Source: Peptococcaceae bacterium UBA5356
Lineage (GTDB): Bacteria > Bacillota > Peptococcia > DRI-13 > DTU073
Direction: 5' to 3'
Assembly (NCBI GenBank): GCA_002407935.1
Contig: DHPU01000066.1
Location: 1 to 56,927 of the forward strand
Length of the DNA stretch: 56,927 nt
The notes under the pieces were generated by a model. That model had not been told where the DNA came from, made no database searches, and was given only the letters and a program-made list of their open reading frames with translations. The translations under genes and the position numbers were made by a program. Shown piece by piece: positions 20,975-30,693 of this stretch. Position 1 is the stretch's first letter. The number at the start of each line of letters is the position of its first letter.

Positions 20975-21717
20975 GGAAAGAATGGTCGTTGGATTTGCAT
21001 ATTCATACTCTTCTGTCTCCTTGTGCCGATAATGAGATGCTTCCTTCGACAGTAATCAGCCGAGCCAGGGAAGTGGGGCTTGATGCTTTGGCGATTACCG
21101 ATCATAATTCGGTGGAAAACGCAGCTCCTTTTGTGGAGAAGGGCGAGAAAGCCGGGGTTAAGGTATTCCCCGGAATGGAGCTGCAAACCAAAGAGGACGT
21201 CCATTTGGTGTGCCTTTTTGAGAAGATGGAGCAGGCTTATGAATGGCAAAAGAGGGTATACCAAAAGCTTCCTCCTTTGCAGAATAAAAAAGAGATTTTT
21301 GGGGAACAGTGGGTTGTGGATAGTCATGATCATAAATTGCGGGAATTAGATAGATTACTTTTGGTGGGGACAGATTTTACGCTGGAGGAGGCCGTAGAGT
21401 CTGTTCATTTGCTGCAAGGGATTTGTATAGCGGCACATCTTGATCGGCAGGCTTTTAGTTTATGGGGACATTTAGGAAACATTCCGGTCGGACTTCCTTT
21501 AGACGGGGTGGAATTAACCCCTCATTTACCGCGTAATTCTAAGCAATTAGCCCAACTTAAAAAGGAAGGCTTTGATTATCTTGTTTCCTCGGATGCTCAT
21601 TATCCTAATAGTATTTATCCTCCCCAGAGCTTTGCTTACTTAGAGGAATTATCTTTGACCGAATTAAAGTTGGCCTTGCAGCATCAGGAGGGACGGTATA
21701 TTCGCACTTTGCGCTAG
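20971..21717 (+). CDS. PHP-domain (polymerase/histidinol-phosphatase-like) metal-dependent phosphoesterase
   Basis: DLHIHTLLSPCAD..LAITDHNS..AAHLDR..SSDAH metal-ligand pattern. The start overlaps the upstream stop codon. Confidence 0.8.
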   Translation: MRKEWSLDLHIHTLLSPCADNEMLPSTVISRAREVGLDALAITDHNSVENAAPFVEKGEKAGVKVFPGMELQTKEDVHLVCLFEKMEQAYEWQKRVYQKLPPLQNKKEIFGEQWVVDSHDHKLRELDRLLLVGTDFTLEEAVESVHLLQGICIAAHLDRQAFSLWGHLGNIPVGLPLDGVELTPHLPRNSKQLAQLKKEGFDYLVSSDAHYPNSIYPPQSFAYLEELSLTELKLALQHQEGRYIRTLR

Positions 21718-21754
21718 TTAATTTTGTAAGTATAATAAGTAGGTGAGGGATTTT

Positions 21755-22291
21755 ATGCGCGAAATAGCTTTACACATTTTGGATATTGTCCAAAATTCTT
21801 TGGTGGCTCAGGCGCAGAATATTTGGATTACGATACTTGAGGACACACCAAAAGATCAGTTGGTAGTGACGATCAGAGATGATGGGAAAGGGATGGACAA
21901 GGAGACGGTTCGGAAGGTTGCCGATCCTTTTTATACAACGAGGACTACCCGTAGGGTGGGGTTAGGGCTTCCGCTTCTCCAAGCCAACACCTTAGCTTGC
22001 GGAGGTGATTTAAAAATAGATTCGGTTTTGGGTAAAGGAACAACCATAGAAGCCACGTTTGGACTGAAGCATATTGACAGACCACCTCTTGGTGATATGG
22101 CCGCAACATTAGTTTCATTTCTTTCAGGTTCACCGGATGTGGATTTTTTTTATTGCCATCAGCGTGATCAAAATAGTTTTCGGCTTAGTACGGTAGAGAT
22201 AAAGAACAATTTAGCCGGATTAGCGGTAAATCACCCTGAGGTATTAGCGTGGTTGCAGGATTTTATCAGGGAAAAGGAAGCAAAGTTGTGA
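21755..22291 (+). CDS. GHKL-type (histidine-kinase-like) ATPase without sensor or DHp domains
   Basis: N-box HILDIVQNS, G1 motif IRDDGKGM, G2 motif GLGLPLL..GKGTTIEATF. ATG 21755 lies 7 nt after AGGTGAGGG. Confidence 0.8.
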   Translation: MREIALHILDIVQNSLVAQAQNIWITILEDTPKDQLVVTIRDDGKGMDKETVRKVADPFYTTRTTRRVGLGLPLLQANTLACGGDLKIDSVLGKGTTIEATFGLKHIDRPPLGDMAATLVSFLSGSPDVDFFYCHQRDQNSFRLSTVEIKNNLAGLAVNHPEVLAWLQDFIREKEAKL

Positions 22292-22398
22292 AATGTATTT
22301 TATTATTAAATTATTCCAGCTTGTCTAGAAAGAAGTAGGATGATAAACTTAAGAAGGATATTTATTTTTTATTGAATGCTTTTTAAGGAGGAGGTTTT

Positions 22399-22656
22399 GT
22401 GAAGGGATATAGTGCGCCCCGGAGCCCGGGATTACTATTAATTTTATTAATAGTGGGGGGCTTATTAGGAAGCCTTCTGGGAACAGTCTTAGGGAACACT
22501 TGGCCATTGCTTAATCACGGTTTTCAACCAATTGGATTTGCGCCTACGACCTTTGATTTGTTGGTTTTAACGATTACCTTCGGTTTAACCTTAAAATTTA
22601 ATGTAGCAAGTGCAATCGGTTTTCTTTTAGCTTTATTTGTTTATTTTAAGCTTTAA
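22399..22656 (+). CDS. Small membrane protein, DUF4321-like
   Basis: 85 aa with two hydrophobic helices. GTG start after AAGGAGGAGG. Conserved position upstream of maf. Confidence 0.65.
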   Translation: MKGYSAPRSPGLLLILLIVGGLLGSLLGTVLGNTWPLLNHGFQPIGFAPTTFDLLVLTITFGLTLKFNVASAIGFLLALFVYFKL

Positions 22657-22657
22657 A

Positions 22658-23260
22658 ATGATGAGGGAGATTATTTTAGCTTCTAAATCGCCGCGGCGGG
22701 CGGAGCTTTTGCGGCAGATGGGCATAAAATTCCGGGTAGTAGGCAGTGGGCTCAAAGAAGAGGAAGCCTCCTTCCCTTTTAGGGAAGGAGTGCAGCAGTT
22801 AGCTTATTTAAAAGCGGAAGCGGTCTTAAAGACCGAAAAAGTGTTTTCTTCTACCCAAGGGATAATTCTTGCCGCCGACACGATAGTGGTGAAGAACGGT
22901 CAGGTGCTGGGAAAGCCTGCCGATAAGCATGAAGCCGCGCAAATGTTGACTTTTTTGTCAGGTGATGTTCATGAGGTTATGACCGGGATCTGTATAATTA
23001 ATCAAGAAACCGGACAAGTATGGCGAGAGGTAGAGATAACCAGGGTTTATTTTCGTTCTTTGACAGATGGGGAGATAAAAGCTTATGTAGCGAGCGGGGA
23101 ACCTCTGGATAAAGCAGGAGCTTATGGTATTCAGGGACTTGGGGGACTATTGGTGGAAAAAATTGACGGTTGTTATTACAATGTGGTCGGTCTTCCTTTA
23201 GTTAAAACCATGCAGCTTTTGCGGAATTGTGGTATAAAAATTCTTGGAGGTGGAAGGTAG
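22658..23260 (+). CDS. maf: Maf-like nucleoside triphosphate pyrophosphatase
   Basis: ILASKSPRRAELL..AADTIV..KAGAYGIQG motifs. Start moved to ATG 22658. Confidence 0.9.
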   Translation: MMREIILASKSPRRAELLRQMGIKFRVVGSGLKEEEASFPFREGVQQLAYLKAEAVLKTEKVFSSTQGIILAADTIVVKNGQVLGKPADKHEAAQMLTFLSGDVHEVMTGICIINQETGQVWREVEITRVYFRSLTDGEIKAYVASGEPLDKAGAYGIQGLGGLLVEKIDGCYYNVVGLPLVKTMQLLRNCGIKILGGGR

Positions 23261-23934
23261 TGATACCGATTAAGGAGTATCCGGAGGAACTGCGGCCGCG
23301 GGAAAAGCTTTTGTTTTTTGGACCTGAATCTTTGTCGGATCAGGAATTATTAGCTATTTTATTGCGGACGGGAATAAAAGAAAGATCGGCTTTAGATCTG
23401 GCACAAGAGCTTCTCTTAGCTGGTGGCTTTATTTATCTTACTCAGGTAAGTACGGAAGAGCTTAAGGGGAGAAAGGGAATAGGGTTAGCTAAAGCTGCTC
23501 AGATTAAAGCGGCGGTAGAAATAGGACGAAGATTGTCTAGAAAAGAGATGGGGGTAAAACCGGTTATTCATACACCCGCTGATGCGGCTGATTTGCTGAT
23601 GGGCGAAATGAGTTATTTGGATCGCGAACATTTTAAAGTAATTAATTTGAACACCAAAAATCAGGTTTTGGTGATAGAGGAAGTATCGGTAGGAAGTTTG
23701 AATGCTTCACTTGTTCATCCTCGGGAAGTGTTTAAATTGCCGATTAAGCGTAGTGCGGCAAAATTGATTCTGGCGCATAATCATCCTAGTGGTGATGTTC
23801 AGCCGAGCAGAGAAGATTTGGCTTTGACTGAAAGATTGTATCAGGCAGGCAATTTATTAGGAATAGAAATTCTGGATCATTTGATTATTGGTCATAATAC
23901 TTTTTTAAGTATGAAGGAAAAAGAATATTTTTAG
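23260..23934 (+). CDS. radC: RadC-family protein (JAB/MPN domain)
   Basis: PREKLL..LSDQELLAILLRTG and the JAMM motif HNHPSGD. GTG 23260 overlaps the maf stop codon. Confidence 0.88.
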   Translation: MIPIKEYPEELRPREKLLFFGPESLSDQELLAILLRTGIKERSALDLAQELLLAGGFIYLTQVSTEELKGRKGIGLAKAAQIKAAVEIGRRLSRKEMGVKPVIHTPADAADLLMGEMSYLDREHFKVINLNTKNQVLVIEEVSVGSLNASLVHPREVFKLPIKRSAAKLILAHNHPSGDVQPSREDLALTERLYQAGNLLGIEILDHLIIGHNTFLSMKEKEYF

Positions 23935-23984
23935 AATAAAAGCAAGAGCATTATTCTCAATTTAGAAGGGGGAACGCAAAGAAG

Positions 23985-25013
23985 ATGTTTTTAACAAAGG
24001 ATATAAGTATTGATTTGGGGACAGCTAATACATTGGTTTTTATTAAGGGGAAAGGAATTGTCATTAATGAGCCTTCAGTAGTAGCTTTGCATAAGGATAC
24101 GGGAACGGTCTTGGCTGTGGGTGATGAAGCTAAACAGATGATTGGGAGAACACCGGGAAATATTGTGGCGATTCGTCCGATGAAAGACGGTGTTATTGCT
24201 GATTTTGAAGTAACTCATACCATGTTGCGTTATTTTATTAGTAAAGCCACGAGAAAAAGCTTGAGCTTTTTTAACAGGCCGCGGATCGTGATTTGTGTAC
24301 CGGCAGGAGTTACTACGGTGGAGGAAAGGGCAGTTAAAGAAGCTGCTATTCAGGCGGGAGCCAAAGAAGCGTATCTGATTGAAGAACCGATGGCTGCGGC
24401 TATTGGAGTTGGACTGCCGATTCAGGAGCCAACGGGTAATATGATTGTAGATTTAGGAGGAGGAACAACGGATGTGGCCGTTATTTCTCTAGGCGGAATT
24501 GTGACCAGTCGGAGTATTCGGATAGGTGGGGATGAGCTGGATGAGGCGATTATTAATTATATTAAGCGGACCTACAGCTTAATGATCGGGGAAAGAACAG
24601 CTGAAGAAATAAAGGTGAACATTGGTTATGCGATGAGAATAGAGGATGATTTACAGGAGTACCAGGTGAGGGGGCGGGATTTAGTTACCGGTTTGCCTAA
24701 ATTGATTTCCGTTAACTCTGAGGAGATTATGGAGGCAATTTCGGAATCAGTTGCTTCAATTATTGAAACGATTAAAATTTGCTTGGAAAAAACCCCTCCT
24801 GAATTGGCTGCTGATATTATGGATCGCGGTATTATGATGGCAGGGGGCGGCTCTTTGTTGAAGGGATTAGATCGCTTAATCAGCCAACAGACGGGGATGC
24901 CTGTGCATATTTCGGAGGAACCTCTTAATGCTGTGGCTGTTGGAGCCGGTAAAACCTTGGAGAATATTGAGATTTTAAAAGGGTTGACTGTAGCGAATAA
25001 GCGAATAGGCTAG
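23985..25013 (+). CDS. mreB: Rod-shape-determining protein MreB
   Basis: Actin-fold motifs DLGTANTLV and [11 protein letters not shown]. 342 aa. Confidence 0.95.
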   Translation: MFLTKDISIDLGTANTLVFIKGKGIVINEPSVVALHKDTGTVLAVGDEAKQMIGRTPGNIVAIRPMKDGVIADFEVTHTMLRYFISKATRKSLSFFNRPRIVICVPAGVTTVEERAVKEAAIQAGAKEAYLIEEPMAAAIGVGLPIQEPTGNMIVDLGGGTTDVAVISLGGIVTSRSIRIGGDELDEAIINYIKRTYSLMIGERTAEEIKVNIGYAMRIEDDLQEYQVRGRDLVTGLPKLISVNSEEIMEAISESVASIIETIKICLEKTPPELAADIMDRGIMMAGGGSLLKGLDRLISQQTGMPVHISEEPLNAVAVGAGKTLENIEILKGLTVANKRIG

Positions 25014-25024
25014 GTGGTTGTACA

Positions 25025-25912
25025 GTGACCAAAAAAGAGAAAATTTTATGGGGTCTTTTCTTTACCGGTATCCTGCTTTTTACCGTTAGGATTATGTTTC
25101 TTACTAGAATAGAAAAACCGCAGGAGTTTCCTTTGCAAATTGCTGTTAAGGAGATACTTGTTCCTTTTCAGAAAGGGATAACAGCAATAATCAAAGAGAC
25201 AGACAATTTGCTGGTTTATTTTCAGGATAACCGGATTTTGCGTCAGCAGAATGAAGAATTAATAACTAAAGTAGGCTGCTTGGAGGAAGAGTTGTTTTCT
25301 CTAAAGGAACAGGAGTTAGAGAATCAACGCTTGCTGAAGCTTTTGCATTATCAAGAGGAAAAATCAGGGAATTACAGCTTAGAAATGGCCAAAGTAATTG
25401 GGCGTAATCCTGCTAACTGGTATGAAATAATTACTTTAGATAAGGGGAAAAAACAGGGGATTAGCCCAGGAATGGTTGTTGTTAATCATGATGGCTTGAT
25501 TGGGAGAGTAATTCAGGTTACTATTAATACGGCAGATGTACTATTAATCTTGGATCGTGAAGGTGCAGTCGGGGGAAGAATTTTCGAGAATAGGCATACA
25601 CCTGGGGTTGTAGTGGGTGTAGATAATTCTCAGTATTTACAGATGATTCATTTACCGCATGATGTACCGATAGAGGAAAACCAGACAGTAGTTACTTCAG
25701 GGTTAGGCGGTGTATATCCGGGAGGTATCCGCATCGGTACGGTGATAGAAGTGGCCCTCGAACCCGAGGGGTTAATGAAGAAGGCGAAGATCAAACCATT
25801 TGTGGACTTTTCTCGTTTAGAAGAGGTTTTTATTATTAAACAAGTTAAAGTACCTGAAGCGACAGCAATGCCCGAAGACGAGACTTTATCAGAAGTCGGG
25901 GGCGGTAGTTAA
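25025..25912 (+). CDS. mreC: Rod-shape-determining protein MreC
   Basis: TM helix, coiled coil (ENQRLLKLL) and beta-barrel segment (GLIGRVIQV..VVTSGLGGVYPGGIRIG). Confidence 0.88.
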   Translation: MTKKEKILWGLFFTGILLFTVRIMFLTRIEKPQEFPLQIAVKEILVPFQKGITAIIKETDNLLVYFQDNRILRQQNEELITKVGCLEEELFSLKEQELENQRLLKLLHYQEEKSGNYSLEMAKVIGRNPANWYEIITLDKGKKQGISPGMVVVNHDGLIGRVIQVTINTADVLLILDREGAVGGRIFENRHTPGVVVGVDNSQYLQMIHLPHDVPIEENQTVVTSGLGGVYPGGIRIGTVIEVALEPEGLMKKAKIKPFVDFSRLEEVFIIKQVKVPEATAMPEDETLSEVGGGS

Positions 25913-26409
25913 TGTATTATTTAATGATGTTTATCTTTGGTTTAATAGGAATATTATTGGAAACGACTATTTTTGCACATTTCACCATAGCTGGAGTAAA
26001 GCCGGATTTGTTGTTAATACTGGTCATTTTCAACAGCCTTTTTCAAGGACCCGTGAAGGGGACTTATTTTGGCTTTTTTTTAGGGCTGTTGGAAGATATT
26101 GTTTTGGGGAACTATTTGGGGATGAATGCTTTGGCTAAAGGGATTACTTCTCTAATTTGGGGATGGTTTATGCAGGGGGCGTTTCGCGAAAATCTTTTAG
26201 TCCCGGTATTGTCTCTTTTTTGGGGTAGTGTTTTTCATGGAACCATGATCTTGTTATTGGGGAAAATTGTAGGACTAAACTGGAGTTGGAATTTATTCTT
26301 TTGGAAGGTATTCCCAGTAGCAATTTATAATACTTGTTTGGTTCCTTTTGTTTATTCTGGTTTTTATAATTGGGTTACCAAGGATGGGGAACGACAGCAG
26401 ACCCTCTAA
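25912..26409 (+). CDS. mreD: Rod-shape-determining protein MreD
   Basis: 165-aa polytopic protein directly after mreC. Confidence 0.8.
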   Translation: MYYLMMFIFGLIGILLETTIFAHFTIAGVKPDLLLILVIFNSLFQGPVKGTYFGFFLGLLEDIVLGNYLGMNALAKGITSLIWGWFMQGAFRENLLVPVLSLFWGSVFHGTMILLLGKIVGLNWSWNLFFWKVFPVAIYNTCLVPFVYSGFYNWVTKDGERQQTL

Positions 26410-26426
26410 AAGGAGGTGGTTTTTTC

Positions 26427-28625
26427 GTGGAAACGCCGAAATCAACAATGGTGCTCGGAAGAACGTTACGGATTTATTTTGGTGTTGTGCTTGTGATTTT
26501 TGCCGTGCTTTTCTTGCGGTTGACATGGCTGCAGTTAATACAAACGAGTTTTTACCAGCTTAAAGCGGTGTCTAACACCATGCGTTGGATCCCCGAGAAA
26601 GCTTCCCGAGGGGAAATTGTCGACCGTAACGGGGAGGTACTTGTTACCAATAGACCTGTTTTTAATATTTCGTTAAATTATTTAGGTTTAAAGGATCAAG
26701 ATATTGATGAGGTAATTACTAAGTTGGTGCAAATTATTAATGATCCGGAAATCAGCTATGATAGTGTCAAAACGTTATTAAAAGGAAAAAACCGCTTATA
26801 TGAACCAATAGTGATTAAGAGAGATGTCTCCATGGAGTTGGTTACGGCTATTGAAGAAAGACGGCGTGAGATGCCCGGAGTAAGTGTTGATGTGCAGCCG
26901 CAGAGAACCTATATTTATGGAAGTTTAGCAGGGCATTTATTAGGTTATGTGCACTCCATTAAAGAGGAGTTGGATACGCCGGGTTTTGAGGATTATAGTA
27001 TTAATGATTTGGTCGGGAAAACAGGGGTGGAGAAGTATTATGAAACGTACCTGCGTGGGCAAAAAGGTTTCCGTCAGGTAGAGGTGACGTCTCATAATCA
27101 ACCGGTGCAGGAAGTGCGGGCTATTTCTTCTGTGCCCGGGGATAAACTTGTGTTGACGATAGACTTAAAATTACAGCAAGCGATGGAAAATTCTTTTGAT
27201 GAAGTTTTAGCCAAGGTACAAAAAACTTACCCCAAAGCTAAAGCCGGTGGGGCTGTTCTGTTGGATGTAAAAACTGGTAAGACCTTGGCGATGGTCAGCC
27301 GTCCGGGGCTTAATCCGGAGGATTTCAATGGAAAATCACTGAGTCAGGAACAGGCTGATTATTATTTTAGTAATGAGCCGCCGGCTCTTCGCAATAGAGC
27401 TATTCAGGGCAATTATGTGCCGGGTTCAACTTTTAAGCCTGTGACAGGTATGGCGGTGCTGGAGGCGGCGCAAGCTACTCCGCTTGATACGGTGGTTTGT
27501 ACGGGAAAGTATTGGTTTTCCCCGTATATCAAGTGTTGGACCGTGCATGGGAGAGTTAATTATTATAGTGCGATGGCTCGTTCTTGTAATGTTTATTTTC
27601 AGGAAATGGGTCGGCGAGCGGGAATTGCGCAGATTGGGAAAGTGGGGTTGGAGGTTGGTTTAGGGGATCGGACGGGAATCGATTTACCTTTTGAAAGCAA
27701 AGGAATATTACCCGATTTGGAATGGCAGAAAAACGAATTTGGTCTGCGGCGGGAGAAAATTAATCAAGAAATCAATCGCAATTTGGAGCAGTTAGAAAAA
27801 GAATATGGTCCGAAAATAAAAGCAGCTGCTGATCAGCAGGAGAAAAAGCGACTGGAAAATGAATTAAAAAGTAAAAAGAGGGTTTGGGAACAGAGACGCA
27901 GGGAGAGGTTGGAATTATATACCAAATGGCATGATTGGGATACTTTTAATACAAGTATTGGGCAAGGTTTTAATCAGTATACGGTCATTCAGTTAGCCAA
28001 TTATACAGCGACGATTGCTTCCGGTGGTAAAAGATATAAGCCGTCGGTAGTTGAAAGAATTATTGATAATGTTGGAATTGTGGTGGAGGAGTTTGATGCG
28101 GAGCCAATCCTGATTTCGACGATCGATCCGACCACTTTTGCGGAAACTAAAAAAGCAATGACGGCAGTTACGGCTCCGGGTGGTACGGCCTATTCTCTTT
28201 TTAGGAATTTCCCTGTTAATATTAAGGTTGCTGCCAAAACCGGTACAGCTCAGCCGGGGAGAGCAGGATATATAAAAAATAAAGATTTTGACGGGGTTTT
28301 TATTGCTTTTGCCCCGGTCGATGATCCCCAGATTGCTTTTGCCGGAGTGATTGAACACGGTTATAGTGGCGGTGGTTCGATAGGACTGGTGGCGAAAGCC
28401 GTTTTTGAGGAGTATTTTGGAATAAACAAGCAAAAGCAAGTAAAGACAAGATCCACTTCCTCTGTTTCAGACGGTCAGAGCGCACCGGAAAACCCCGATA
28501 CGGAAACCTCAACAGAGACACCGGTGCAAACGGAGGATGTGTCGGAAGAAACCTCGCCAGAAACCCCTGTGGAAATACCGGCAGAGATACCTGAAACAAT
28601 AATACCGGAACAAATACCCGAATAA
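26427..28625 (+). CDS. mrdA: Penicillin-binding protein 2 (elongation transpeptidase) with an acidic Pro/Glu/Thr tail
   Basis: SxxK (STFKP), SxN (SCN) and KTG (KTGTA) motifs. GTG 26427 follows AAGGAGG. The upstream part of the 26370 ORF overlaps mreD. Confidence 0.9.
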   Translation: METPKSTMVLGRTLRIYFGVVLVIFAVLFLRLTWLQLIQTSFYQLKAVSNTMRWIPEKASRGEIVDRNGEVLVTNRPVFNISLNYLGLKDQDIDEVITKLVQIINDPEISYDSVKTLLKGKNRLYEPIVIKRDVSMELVTAIEERRREMPGVSVDVQPQRTYIYGSLAGHLLGYVHSIKEELDTPGFEDYSINDLVGKTGVEKYYETYLRGQKGFRQVEVTSHNQPVQEVRAISSVPGDKLVLTIDLKLQQAMENSFDEVLAKVQKTYPKAKAGGAVLLDVKTGKTLAMVSRPGLNPEDFNGKSLSQEQADYYFSNEPPALRNRAIQGNYVPGSTFKPVTGMAVLEAAQATPLDTVVCTGKYWFSPYIKCWTVHGRVNYYSAMARSCNVYFQEMGRRAGIAQIGKVGLEVGLGDRTGIDLPFESKGILPDLEWQKNEFGLRREKINQEINRNLEQLEKEYGPKIKAAADQQEKKRLENELKSKKRVWEQRRRERLELYTKWHDWDTFNTSIGQGFNQYTVIQLANYTATIASGGKRYKPSVVERIIDNVGIVVEEFDAEPILISTIDPTTFAETKKAMTAVTAPGGTAYSLFRNFPVNIKVAAKTGTAQPGRAGYIKNKDFDGVFIAFAPVDDPQIAFAGVIEHGYSGGGSIGLVAKAVFEEYFGINKQKQVKTRSTSSVSDGQSAPENPDTETSTETPVQTEDVSEETSPETPVEIPAEIPETIIPEQIPE

Positions 28626-28640
28626 TTACCAGAATATTCC

Positions 28641-28669
28641 TTGACAAAATAAGGGTTATCCGTTATAAT
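28641..28669 (+). promoter_or_regulatory. Consensus sigma-A promoter upstream of minC
   Basis: TTGACA (28641-28646), 17 nt, TATAAT (28664-28669). Confidence 0.7.
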
Positions 28670-28777
28670 TTCTATGATTTCGCTGTTTAATTTTTTTCTT
28701 TTAATTGGCAGGGATTTTGCATCATGATAGCGAACAATATAGGCTAGAGGTTTTTATAGGAGGAACAGGATTCATTG

Positions 28778-29464
28778 ATGAATACGACTAATTTAATTGC
28801 AGTAAAGGGTAATAAAGAAGGACTCCAAATAATTTGCGGCGATAAAGGTTCGTGGAAGGAGATTATTACGGAAATCAAAACAAGATTGGCAGGGGAAAAC
28901 AGCCATTTTTTTAAAGGTGCCAGTGTTCAAGTAGATACCGGGACACGAATTTTATCAGCAGAACAGGTTGGTGCATTGTGGCAAGTTCTTCAGGATAGTG
29001 GGTTAACGGTAAAATGTATTAAAACAGAAACCCAGGATGAATTAGCACAATCCTTTAAAAGTTGGAGTCGGGAACAGGGTAAAGAATTATCGGAGACAGA
29101 GTATGTTTGTGCGAAACCTGTTTTGATTGTAAAAAGAAGCTTGCGCTCAGGCCAAAACATTACTTTTGATGGTAACGTACTTATTTTTGGGGATGTTAAT
29201 CCGGGCGCGGAGATTATTGCTTCAGGCTTTATTATGGTATTGGGCTATTTACGGGGGATTGCCCATGCCGGATCTTCCGGTGATGATAAAGCCTGGGTCA
29301 TGTCTTTCCGGCTTCAGCCTACTCAGTTGCGTATTGCCAATTGTATTACGCGACCTCCCGAGGAAGAACCGCAAGGGCCGGAGCTTGCCAGGATTCACGA
29401 GGGAGTTATAGTCTGTGATAGTATGGACTGGAGAAAATATTATGATTTAATTGGGGGGATTTAG
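28778..29464 (+). CDS. minC: Septum site-determining protein MinC
   Basis: C-terminal beta-helix pattern (GNVLIFGDVNPGAEIIASGFIMVLGYLRGIAHAG). Followed by minD and minE. Confidence 0.9.
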   Translation: MNTTNLIAVKGNKEGLQIICGDKGSWKEIITEIKTRLAGENSHFFKGASVQVDTGTRILSAEQVGALWQVLQDSGLTVKCIKTETQDELAQSFKSWSREQGKELSETEYVCAKPVLIVKRSLRSGQNITFDGNVLIFGDVNPGAEIIASGFIMVLGYLRGIAHAGSSGDDKAWVMSFRLQPTQLRIANCITRPPEEEPQGPELARIHEGVIVCDSMDWRKYYDLIGGI

Positions 29465-29467
29465 AGG

Positions 29468-30265
29468 ATGGGAGAAGTAATTGTTATTACTTCCGGTAAG
29501 GGTGGAGTCGGGAAAACAACAACAACGGCGAATATCAGTACCGGATTAGCCTCAATGGGGAAAAAGGTTGTCATGATTGATACGGATATTGGGCTGAGAA
29601 ATCTTGATGTAGTAATGGGACTGGAAAACAGAATTGTCTACGACTTAGTTGATGCGATACAGGGTAATTGCCGCTTAAAACAAGCCTTGATTAAGGATAA
29701 AAGATTTGAAAATTTAAGTCTTTTGCCGGCAGCTCAGACTAAGGATAAAACGGCAGTACAACCGGAGCAAATGAAAGAACTATGTCAGAAGTTAAAAGAA
29801 GAGTTTGATTATGTCATTGTTGACTGTCCGGCGGGGATCGAATTGGGCTTTAAAAATGCTACGGCTGGTGCCGATAAAGCTATTGTAGTTACGACTCCGG
29901 AAGTTTCCGCTGTCCGTGATGCGGATAGAATTATTGGCCTTTTAGAGGCTGCGGAGCTGCGCAATCCTACTTTGATTGTAAATCGCCTTCGTCCTAGTAT
30001 GGTGAAAAAAGGGGACATGATGGATATTAATGATATGATTGATATCTTAGCGATCGAGCTTTTGGGAGTAGTGCCTGAAGATGAGCTGATTGTTGTATCG
30101 ACCAACAAAGGCGAGCCGGCAGTTTTGGATATGCATTCCTGGGCAGGACAAGCTTATCGCAATATATCCAAGCGAATTACGGGAGAAGAAGTTCCGTTAA
30201 TCTCGTTGGATGCAGACAGTGGCTTGGTAAGTAAAATAAAGAAATTCTTCGGATTTCAGGCGTAG
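29468..30265 (+). CDS. minD: Septum site-determining ATPase MinD
   Basis: Deviant Walker A SGKGGVGKTT. C-terminal amphipathic helix. Confidence 0.95.
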   Translation: MGEVIVITSGKGGVGKTTTTANISTGLASMGKKVVMIDTDIGLRNLDVVMGLENRIVYDLVDAIQGNCRLKQALIKDKRFENLSLLPAAQTKDKTAVQPEQMKELCQKLKEEFDYVIVDCPAGIELGFKNATAGADKAIVVTTPEVSAVRDADRIIGLLEAAELRNPTLIVNRLRPSMVKKGDMMDINDMIDILAIELLGVVPEDELIVVSTNKGEPAVLDMHSWAGQAYRNISKRITGEEVPLISLDADSGLVSKIKKFFGFQA

Positions 30266-30283
30266 GGCAAAGGAGGTAGTGGC

Positions 30284-30574
30284 ATGGATTTATTTAGTAA
30301 GATAATGGGAAGACAGGGGCCTTCCAGTAAAAATATTGCTAAAGAAAGGCTACGGTTAGTTTTGGTGCATGATCGAGCCAGTATTTCCCCACAGATTCTG
30401 GATGCTTTAAAGGAAGATATGTTGAATGTTATTGCTAATTATATGGAAATTGATCGCAGAGGGACGGAAATAACCTTGAATTCTGATGAGGATTCCGTGG
30501 CGCTGATTGCCAGTATTCCTGTTCTCAAAATGAACAGAAGCAGCCAGAACAGCCAGAGGAGTGCCAGGTATTAA
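30284..30574 (+). CDS. minE: Cell division topological specificity factor MinE
   Basis: SSKNIAKERLRLVLVHDR N-terminal motif. 96 aa. Confidence 0.9.
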   Translation: MDLFSKIMGRQGPSSKNIAKERLRLVLVHDRASISPQILDALKEDMLNVIANYMEIDRRGTEITLNSDEDSVALIASIPVLKMNRSSQNSQRSARY

Positions 30575-30693
30575 GGTGCGGTTTTAGTATTTAGTATTTA
30601 GATTGGGAGTTTTCACAATTGGGAAAAGAATATCCTTGGGGATCCGCCGTTCTCGGGTTATAATGGATGTATAGCAGGAACGGGGTGAAGTTT

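Noticed and set aside
30581-30602. Short tandem TTTAGTA repeats after minE.
   Set aside because: There are only about 3 units in an AT-rich spacer, with no associated structure or ORF. Probably a slippage remnant without function.
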